The notes beneath the pieces were generated by a model that searched no databases, was not told where the DNA came from, and saw only the letters and a program-made list of their open reading frames with translations. Position numbers and translations under genes: made by a program. From assembly GCA_030704615.1 (NCBI GenBank), contig CM060733.1, forward strand, positions 35,836,001 through 35,900,000: a DNA stretch of 64,000 bases, read 5' to 3'. The stretch is from Takakia lepidozioides (lineage: Eukaryota > Plantae > Bryophyta). How positions within the stretch are numbered: position 1 is the first letter of the stretch; each line of letters begins with the position of its first letter. Of the stretch, positions 1-9,674 are shown piece after piece.

Positions 1-498
1 TGACCTCAAGGGTCTACCCACTCTCGGCACTAGACTGAAATTTAAACTCAGGGCAGGAAGCCTACCTTTGAACAACAGAAGCAGAGAGGAAAGGGAGAGT
101 GCAATTGCCCGTTGTGTGGGCAATCTGAAGACAGTATTCATTTTCTGATACACTGTCCGGGGTTCTCTCACCAAAGAGACCCTCTCTTCAAATCTATTAA
201 GGGAATTGTGCCTGTACCCCTGTTTACCAACTTTGAAAGTCTCGAGGCTGAGCCAAAAGCCCAGGCCCTCCTGAGGCCTAGTTTTTGGGCTAATCACACA
301 CAGCAGATTGATGCTTGTGTGAAGGGATTTCTAGAGGATATCTGGAAAACCCGGATTAATTCTTTATATGGAGGTAAGTCTTACTACCAACGTCAGCCCC
401 TGACAGAGGTAGGTTCTGTCCCTTTTGTTCCCACTCAAACTGGGCGCGGGGTCAATGGCCACAAGGCTACGGCAAACAACGTCTTATGAGTACAATCT
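1..498 (+). mobile_element. Non-LTR retrotransposon (LINE family A), 3' end, cut by the window edge
   Basis: Near-identical to 7264-7765. Encodes the C-terminal Cys/His motif CPLCGQSEDSIHFLIHC and ends in the family terminus ...GGCAAACAACGTCTTATGAGTACAATCT. Confidence 0.88.
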
Positions 499-2112
499 CT
501 TGTGTAATATAAATGAGCGCTCGTAGTTCGCTCATACGTTCCTGAGCGCTTGACCTGCATGAAGTATTCTGCCCTTGTGCAAAGTTTGGGATTTCATCTC
601 AGCTTTCATTTTTAAGGGTTCACCATCACGTTCTTCTACAGTCACTCTTGGGCACTTTGGGCCTCCTTTCTCTTTCTTATATAGTGTGGGCGAGGTACTA
701 CCAGCTCCGTAAAGATATCAATCAGCTTGTTAGGTCTCAGAAGAAATTATACTGGGACAAGTTATACAGTGAAATAAACTCAAACCACCATGGTGGTAAT
801 GACAAGAATTCTGGTTGGCCCTTCAACATTTATACAAGCCGAAAAACGGTCAGCAAGTACAAGCGCTGAAGACTACTAAAGGTGCAGTGGTGACTTCATC
901 GGTTGACATTGTCAAAACCTTTGAAACTCACTACAGTATCCTTGGCAGAACTTCTAGGTTTAACAGTGAGGGGTCTTCTGCTGAATGGAGGGACACAGTT
1001 GGAAAAACTGTTCCTATGATTCAAAACAGCCCTGATGAACTAGAGTATATTTCAATGGCTTATAACGCTGCCATTAGTTCTTCTGAGATTGTGGAAGCAA
1101 TTGAACATTTAATATAAAGCTGGTGGACCTGATGGTATTGTCAACGAGCTTATCAAGCACAGCGATCCCATGATAGGCCCTAGTTCTCCTCTTTAACCTT
1201 ATCTGGAAGACTGAAATGATCCCTTTCGCTGGCGACAGGGGGTCATTGTCAATCTATACAAGAAGGGTGACAGAGAAGAACCGGGGAACTACCGTGGCAT
1301 CACGCTCCTCAATGCTGTTGGCAAGACATTCTGCAGAGTTATAAGTACTCGTCTCGAGGTTGATCTAGAGTCTAGAGGTTGTTTCCACGAAGGCCAAGCT
1401 GGCTTTCGGCGAAACAGGGGCTGTGTGGATCATATCCAGGGAAGGAATAAAGAAGGGAAACCCACTTAAGTTTTTTTCCTGGATGTCAAAAAGGCTTATG
1501 ACACAGTGTGGAGAGATGGCCTATGGTTCTGCCTCTGGTCTTGTGGGATCAAGGGAAAGATGTGGAGGGTTGTCCACAACTTGTATGCACCAAAAGCTGT
1601 GTCACTGTTAACGGACAGAAGTCCAACTTCTTTGACATAGACCAAGGTGTAGCTCAAGGATGTACTCTCTCCCCTCTGCTCTTCAATGTTTTCATCAATC
1701 AACTCCTCGAGGATGCGGAAAGTGAGGGATTTGGGTTAAGGGTGGGTGATACCACCATACCAGCCCTTATGTTTGCAGATGACTTCGCAGGCATAGGGGA
1801 GACTCCAACCAATCTCCAGGAGTTGATTGATTGCGCGAAGAGATACTTTAATCTTTGGGGGCTAGAGGCTAATGTCAGCAAATGTGCAGTGGTGGCATTC
1901 AACGACAGAGGAGATGTAGGAAGTGATCTTAAGTGGCAGTGGGGTAGCCAAGAGATCCCGGTCCTCCCTTCCTACACTTACCTGGGCGTTGAGTTTTCCT
2001 CCAACTGTAATTGGGATGCACATATCCGGAAAGTTGTTCAAACTGGCAAGGGCAAAGCTCTGGGGCTCACTAAATTTTTCCACTGCAGAGGGGTCAACTC
2101 TGAGGTTAAGAA

Positions 2113-2499
2113 TGTTAAAAGTCAGCTCAGATTTAGTTAGCTAGGGTTCTGTTAGGGTTTTTTGACGGCTAGGGATAGTTCTACCAGAAGGTTCCAGCCA
2201 CCAGAAGTTTCTAGAGAACTCATGTAGGATTTAAGGGAAAGGCTGAGGAAATGCCCAGCACTTCTTCTAGCATTTTGGATGTGCTATCCTAGTAGATTGC
2301 AGAGAGAGGAGGAGGAGAAGTCCAGCATCTACTTTTGTAAGTCTTCTTTTTGCAGTAAGGAGCATTCTTGTTAGGATTGACACTTCTTGTTAGTACTAAC
2401 TCTTTGGGGGTTTAGGCTGTCAGTTTTTGTACTGCTGCTTGTGCTAGAAGCTATCTGTCAATATCACTAGGAGGTAGAGGACAGGTCTAGTTTCCAACA
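2113..2499 (+). repeat. 5' LTR of the copia element
   Basis: TGTTAAAAGTC...TTTCCAACA, a direct repeat of 6470-6856 with only a handful of differences. Confidence 0.96.
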
Positions 2500-2512
2500 G
2501 GTTATGGGCCCA
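2500..2512 (+). promoter_or_regulatory. Primer binding site GGTTATGGGCCCA (internal/half tRNA-iMet type)
   Basis: Abuts the 5' LTR directly. Matches the anticodon-region PBS known from Drosophila copia and Osser-type elements, not the TGGTATCAGAGC 3'-end PBS. Confidence 0.85.
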
Positions 2513-5500
2513 CAAGACGTTACAACTACTTGGACAGTTGAGCCACTGGATGGTAACAACTATAAGAGTTGGATCTACACGATGCAGCTCCTGCTCTCTT
2601 CAAAGAGCCTATGGTCAATAGTGGCTAAAAAGCCTTCAGAGGATAACCTGAAGGAGGAGATGGATCCAAAAGAATGAGCTTGCAATGGCAGCTCTAGTCA
2701 CAAACATGAGATCAAAGCTGGTAGTTTTGGTAAGGAATCTTACAACTGCTCATGAGGTCTGGCAGACCTTAAGTGAGGTGTATGAGGCAGATGCGATGGG
2801 GAAAGCATATGTCCTATGGAAACAGCTCATGGACTTGAGAATGAGAAAGGTGAGTGTGTAGCCATTCACATTGCCACTGTTAAAGCCATGTGTCTGGAGA
2901 TAATTGATGCGGGAGAACCCATGACTGAATCACTTCAGATCATGACCTTGTTTGGCACCTTGCCAAAGAGTTATGACATGGTGGAAACCGCATTGGCTAC
3001 TCATGGTAATAGTAGACTGAGTTGGAAGTATGTCACTTCACAACTCATCATGGAAGAAAGCAAGCTGACTAGGGTAGCTCAAGTATGGACAATGCCCTGA
3101 CGGCTACTTCCATCAAGAAAGATGGAGCATGTTTCCGATGCGGCAAATTTGGGCATTTCCAGAAGGACTGCAAGGTGAAGATTGACAAGCCCAAGAAGGA
3201 CAAGTGGAGACCAAGGAAAGGGAAGTCTGTACATGCACATGTCGCTGACATGGGCAACGACAGTGAAGTTCACCTGTTTATGGCAGATGCAGCTTACAGT
3301 CGTGATGAAGACTACCTGCTGACTACTGAAGGAGAACACTGTGGAGATGAGTGGTATTTGGACTCTGGAGCTACTAACCACATGTGTGGGAGGAAGGAGT
3401 TGTTTCACAACTTGAACCCATTCAGCCTAGGAGCGTAAAGATGGGCAACAAGACGTTTTCTGTAAGTACGATGATGGGAGAAATCCCTGTCAACTTTATC
3501 AGAAAAGAGAGTAAGGTTACCCGTTGTATTTTCAGTCCTATATGTGCCAAACTTGGCAAAGAATCTGATCTCTGTTAGTACCTTGGATGAGCTTGGGTAT
3601 GATGTCATTTTCAGAAACAATGCTTGCAGCATCCAGAAGGGCACCGAGGAACTCTGCTATGGAGTGAAGGGGCAGAGACTCTACAAGCTTTTGAGTACAT
3701 CTGGAACTCAGGAGGAGGCCAAGGGACACAATGGACACTGCACCATTGTGGCATAGAAGGTTGGGTCACTTGGGAACACAAGCGATCAAGGATCTTCAAA
3801 AGTTGGCGTTGGGACAGAATGTGGACTGGTCACATGAGCTACAGTTCTGTGAAGGATGTGCTAAAGGGAAACAGCACAAGTCATCAATGCCCAAGGAATC
3901 TGCCATAAGAGCCAAGGAGAGGCTGGAGTTGATACACACAGATGTGTGTGGCCCCATGAAGACAACATCACTGGGAGGATCTAGGTACTTTGTCACCTTC
4001 ACTGATGACATGAGTAGAAAGACTTTCTTATATCCCTTGAGAGAGAAAGGTCAAGTGCTGCAGGTCTTTAAGCAATTTGTGCATGAAGTAGAAAACCAGC
4101 TGGACCTCAAAGTCAAGGTTCTGAGGAGCGATGGTGGGGGGGAATTCCTAAATCAGGAATTCAAAAACTATCTTGCTGAGAAAGGCATAAAGAGCCAAGT
4201 AACAGCGAGGGACAGTCCAGCCCAGAATGGAGTGCAGAGAGATTAAACAGAACACTGGTTGAGAAGGCTAGATGTATGCTACAGACCTCAGGCCTTGGAC
4301 CAGAGTTTTGGGGAGAGGCGATCAGCACTGCCACCTATCTGAAAAAATTTGAGTCCCACGCGAGCTTTTGAAAGACATGACTCCAGAGGAGGCGTGGAGT
4401 GGGAAGAAGCCAAACCTGAAGCATCTAAGAGTTTTTGGTTGTGCTGCTTATGCATTGATACCTGACGAGCAAAGGAGCAAGTTGGATGCCAAGTCAGAAA
4501 GATGTATCTTCATTGGGTATGATCTGGGTTGCAAGGGGTACAAGTCTACAATCCTAGAACCAAGAGGTCAATCAGGAGTAGAGATGTCCTGTTTGATGAG
4601 GATAATTTTGGAAGGAGACAAAGCCCAAGGACCTGTCCGTTCCTGTGATAATCCCTGATGTGGGAGAAAAAGAAAGGGAACAACCAGTAGTAAAGGTTTA
4701 CACTCGAAGGGAGAAGGTGGCGAAGAAACCAGAAGAGGATGAAGATTCTGAAGATCGGGATCCTATTGACAAGGATGGGGGGCCTAGAAGGTCAGGAAGG
4801 ATCAGCAACCCCCCAGAAAGGTTTGGAGCTAATGTGGCAGAAGTACTAACTGGTCTGACTATGGATGACATAGGGCAGATGGAAAGTTGTTTCCATGCCC
4901 TTGATGATGCAGAGGAGCCAGCCACCCTCAATGACGCTTTGGCAAGGGATGATGCCAATGAGTGGGAGGGAGCTGTACTAGAGGAGATGAAATCTCTGAA
5001 AAAAACCAGACTTGGGAGCTGGTAACACTGCCTGGTGGTAGAAAGGCGGTAGATTGCAAGTGGGTTTTCAAAGTGAAAAGAGGACCCCACAATGAGATAG
5101 TGAAGTACAAGGCCAGACTGTGGCAGAGGCTTCACACAGACTGCAGGGCTTGACTACAATGAAACTTTTGCCCCAGTGGCAAAGTTCACCTCCATCCGAT
5201 GTTTGCTGGCATTGGCAGCGAAGCATGACTGGGAGATAGAACACATGGATGTGAAGACTGCATTCTTGAATGGGGATCTCCAGGAGGAGATCTACATGAA
5301 ACAACCAGAAGGTTTCCAAGAAGGTGATAAGGTGTGTCGGCTCAAGAAATTGTTATATGGACTCAAACAGGCATCGAGGACATGGTATGAGAAGATCAAT
5401 AACTTGACAGGCCAAGGTTTTGTAAGGAGTACAGCTGATCAGAGCATTTACTACATGACATCAGGTGTCATGATAATAGCACTCTATGTGGATGATCTGC

Positions 5501-6469
5501 TACTGATCAGCGACAACAAGGATACCATGCGCAGGCAGAAGCATGATTTGAGTGAAACCTTTGAGATGGTTGATCTTGGAGCCGTGAACTACCTACTTGG
5601 AATTCAGATTCTGAGGGACAGGAAGGCGAGAACTATAAAGTTGAGCCAAGAGAGGTATGTCAGGAATGTTGTTGTGAAGTTTGGTATGCATAACTGCAAA
5701 CCAACACCAACACCATTGGAAACCAGCTGCAAGCTGAGTAAGGAAATGGAGCCAAAATCTCCAAGTGAGATTGAGGAAATGGCTAAGGTTCCATATCAGC
5801 AAGCCATGGGATCTCTGATGTATGCAATGATTGGCACCAGGCCAGACATTGCCTATGCAGTGGGAATGCTTAGTAAGTTCATGCACAACCCAGGACCTCA
5901 GCATTGGAAAGCACTCAAGAGGGTGATTAGATATTTGAAAGGGACTGCGGATACATGTCTAACTTACAACAAGCAGGACACTGGAGCATCACTAGAAGGA
6001 TACAGTGATGCAGATTGGGCAGGAGACACAGATGAGAGGAGATCCATATCTGCCTACTGCTTTGTAATGAGTGGAGGTGCTGTGAGCTGGAGCAGCAAAA
6101 GACAGCAGACCACTGCTCTATCCTCGACTGAGTCAGAGTATATGGCTCTGACTCATGCAGCTAAAGAAGCCATTTGGATTCGAAGGCTTCTTGGTGAACT
6201 TGGCTTCAGTCAAGAACAGCCAACGAAAGTGCATGCTGATAACAGGAGCAGCATTGAGCTGAGCAAGAATCCTGTTCATCATGCCCGGACCAAGCACATA
6301 GATATCAAACATCATTTCATTAGAGAAATGATTGGTTTGGAGATTGTGTTGGCTTACTGTAGGACTGAGGACATGGCAGCTGATGCACTCACAAAGGCTC
6401 TATCCAAAGAAAAGCATTCTAGATGCATGGAACTGATTGGGTTAAGCCTCAATCCTCGCTGAGTGGGAG

Positions 6470-6856
6470 TGTTAGAAGTCAGCTCAGATTTAGTTAGCTA
6501 GGGTTCTGTTAGGGTTTTTTGACGGCTAGGGATAGTTCTACCAGAAGGTTCCAGCCACCAGAAGTTTCTAGAGAACTCATGTAGGATTTAAGGGAAAGGC
6601 TGAGGAAATGCCCAGCACTTCTTCTAGCATTTTGGATGTGCTATCCTAGTAGATTGCAGAGAGAGGAGGAGGAGAAGTCCAGCATCTACTTTTGTAAGTC
6701 TTTCTTTTGCAGTAAGGAGCATTTTGTTAGGACTGACACTTCTTGTTAGTACTAACTCTTTGGTTGGTTTAGGCTGTCAGTTTTTGTACTGCTGCTTGTG
6801 CTAGAAGCTATCTGTCAATATCACTAGGAGGTAGAGGACAGGTCTAGTTTCCAACA
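6470..6856 (+). repeat. 3' LTR of the copia element
   Basis: TGTTAGAAGTC...TTTCCAACA, preceded by the PPT and followed by the TSD AAGAA. Confidence 0.96.
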
Positions 6857-7772
6857 AAGAAAACCATGCTTTGTCGCGTTATTAGACCTGCCTTGGAGTA
6901 CGGATCTGCAATATGGGTTGATAACTCCAACCAGGCTAAGTCTCTAGAATCCATTCAAGTGGGGGTGCTTCAGGAGTGTATGTCAGCATGCTCCAAAACA
7001 GCCAATGTGGCTGTTCGGGGTGAGTTTGGCATTCCGACTCTATATCTTGGAAACAGGACTGCCCTGTCAGAAGAGAGTAGAAGAGATTCTCAAGGACCTG
7101 GACCTGGATCCGCAAGTCTTGACCCTGCTGGATAAATCTGACTTAGAGGCTGTAGTGTCCAAAGCCGTGTCTGTTGCCATGAGCTTGTCTGATGAAAATC
7201 AAGTTAGGCAGAAAACTTCCCTGAACTTGTTTCCAGTCAGTGACATGGGGGAGGACACTTGGATGACCTCAAGGGTCTACCCACTCTCGACACTAGACTG
7301 AAATTTAAACTCAGGGCAGGAAGCCTACCTTTGAACAGCAAACAGAAGCAGAGAGGAAAGGGAGAGTGGAATTGCCCGTTGTGTGGGCAATCTGAAGACA
7401 GTATTCATTTTCTGATACACTGTCCGGGGTTCTCTCACCAAAGAGACGCTCTCTTCAAATCTATCAAGGGAATTGTGCCTGTACCCCTGTTTACCAACTT
7501 TGAAAGTCTCGAGGCTGAGCCAAAAGCCCAGGCCCTCCTGAGGCCTAGTTTTTGGGCAAATCACACACAGCAGATTGATGCTTGTGTGAAGGGATTTTTA
7601 GAGGATATCTGGAAAACCCGGATTAATTCTATATATGAAGGTAAGTCTTACTACCAACGTCAGCCCCTGACAGAGGTAGGTTCTGTCCTTTTGTTCCCGC
7701 TCAAACTGGGCGCGGGGTCAATGGCCACAAGGCTACGGCAAACAACGTCTTGTGAGTACAATCTTATATAGT

Positions 7773-9510
7773 TCCATTTCATTTCATTTCTCCTCAGGAT
7801 GCAACCGGGAAATTGAAACTGAAGAACACTTCTTCTTCTATTGCCCCCTATACTATGAGATCCGTGGGAGATTCCATTGTCTATTCCGTGGAACCCAAAC
7901 TCTCACTGAAGTCTTCCACTATGAGGATCAGAAATGTTTGGCAGCCTACCTGCACGAGGCATTCACCCTTAGACAATCACTCGAATAGTTCTTTTCTCTG
8001 ACTCTGGTTTTCCTATTTTCTCTCATGTTTTCTTCCATTTTGTCCCATAAGCTCTACGAGCTTTCCACGGACGTTATAAAGCACCATTTCATTTCATTTC
8101 ATTTCTCATGTTCTTCCTTCCATTTTGTCCCATAAGCTCTATGAGCTTTCCGCGGACGTTATAAAGCACCATTTCATTTCATTTCCTTTCCTATGCCTTT
8201 CTTCTCCTTTCATTTCATTTCATTTCATTTCATTTCATTTCATTTCTTTTCTTTTCTCCAAGCAATACTTGGCGTCAGAAGCACAGCTCCATCTCATATC
8301 CTAGGTGCAGAGTTCGCATGTGTACCATTGCAAACCGAGGCCCTCTTCCGGCTTACAATCTTTCTCCATAGATTACAGGCCCTTCCACCCAAGGGGCTCG
8401 TGGCAAGGGCCCTCGCAACATCTATGAGGCTCAAAGCTGCAGGTTTCAGGAACTCCTGGTATGCTCGAGTGGACAGTTTATTTCAACGCAACGGACTCTC
8501 TACTGCTTCCCTATTACCAATGAATCCAGATGAGGTGGACGTCACATCCAGACATGACCGCAACAGACTCATTAGGAGAGAGCTTATGGAATTACATGTC
8601 AAGAGAACTTGGAAGCTACCCAATCTGACGACAAAGCTCCAGTTCTATCGAGAGACATTCTTGGTGCTCCGAGATGATAGAATCTTGAGGCCAAATTACC
8701 TTTCAGCATCCTTATCTCCTTCCCTCCTGAGGGCATTGGGGTGGTTCAGGGTGGGTTCCCACAACCTACGGATAGAGACTGGCAGATGGGAAAACCTGCA
8801 ACGGGAGGACCGCCTATGTCCAGCTTGCATAGGGCGCAGCCAGGAAATTGAAACTGAAGAACACTTCTTCTACTGCCCTCTATACTATGAGATCCGTGGG
8901 AGATTCCACTGTTTATTCAGTGGAACCCAATCTCTCACTGAAGTCTTCCACTATGAGGATAAAATATGCTTGGCAGCCTACCTGCACGAGGCCTTCACCC
9001 TTAGACAATCGCTAGAACATCTGGTTTTGTTCCTCTCTCATGTTTTCTTCCATTTTGTCCCATAAGCTCTATGAGCTTTCTGCGGACGTTATAAAGCACC
9101 ATTTCATTTCATTTCATTTCTTTCCGCCTATGCCCAGCTTGCACCGGGCGCAACCAGGAAGTTGAAACTGAAGAACACTTTAGGAGGCCCATGGGAGGCC
9201 CAAAGTACCCAAATAAAAGGAGGCCCATGGGAGATCCAACTGTCTATCCCAGGACACCCCACCTCTCATGGAGGTCTTCCATGATGAGGATCAGAAACGC
9301 TTGGGAGCTTACCTGCATGAAGCGTTGACTCTTAGACATCCCTTGAGCTTTAGTTGCTTTTGGGCTGTTTGTTGCCTTTCTCTCCGCTGACGTTATAAAC
9401 CGCCATTTCATTTCATTTCTCTTTCTTGTTTCATTCTTCGTCTTGTCCCATAAGTCTTTGAGCTTCCCACGGACGTTATAAAGTACCATTTCATTTCACT
9501 TAATTTCATT
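7773..9510 (+). mobile_element. Head-to-tail stack of 5'-truncated LINE family B copies with (CATTT)n tails
   Basis: The terminus GTCCCATAAGCTCTA(T/C)GAGCTTTCC...GACGTTATAAAGCACCATTTCATTTC recurs ending near 8105, 8185 and 9120, with diverged versions near 9420 and 9500. ORF 8193-9065 encodes the LINE ORF2 C-terminus (FRVGSHNLRIETGRW...RLCPAC...EEHFFYCPLYYEIR). Confidence 0.88.
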
Positions 9511-9674
9511 TCTTCTTTCTTCAACAAATTCTTTTGCAGTGAGGAAAAGCGACACAGAGCAAACACAAGTATTGTTTATGTTTTGTTCTCACCTGCATCC
9601 ACTCGTAGACTACCAAACCCTATAAGGCCAGATTATGTGTGCCAATTGGAACTTGTGGGCTCTGCAAAATATAC

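Larger units (their letters stand above)
2113..6856 (+). mobile_element. Full-length Ty1/copia LTR retrotransposon (frameshifted), half-tRNA-primed type
   Basis: 387-bp LTRs with TG...CA ends and a 5-bp TSD AAGAA (2108-2112, 6857-6861). PBS at 2500-2512 and PPT GAGTGGGAG at 6461-6469. Gag knuckle CFRCGKFGHFQKDC, protease LDSGATNHM, integrase HRRLGH/CEGC/HTDVCGP, RT YVDDLL and RNase H DADWAGD occur in copia order (IN before RT). Confidence 0.97.
686..7761 (+). mobile_element. 5'-truncated LINE (family A; probably RTE-X/L2-like), interrupted by a copia element at 2113-6856
   Basis: Frameshifted RT motifs: YKKGD..PGNYRGITLL, QAGFR, FLDVKKAYD, GVAQGCTLSPLLF, LMFADD, YTYLGV. The frame resumes after the copia (KTMLCRVIRPALEYGSAIW) and ends with the C-terminal zinc motif. 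Flanked by the 11-bp direct repeat TCTTATATAGT at 675-685 and 7762-7772 (TSD). Clade assignment is tentative. Confidence 0.9.

Noticed and set aside
1-7765. 1-498 and 7264-7765 as LTRs of a large element
   Set aside because: They are coding 3' ends of two LINE copies, with no TG...CA ends, PBS or PPT; the second copy has its own TSD.
7990-9510. Regularly recurring ~60-bp repeats resembling a CRISPR array
   Set aside because: They are LINE 3' termini attached to homologous ORF2 fragments of variable length; the context is eukaryotic and there are no cas genes.
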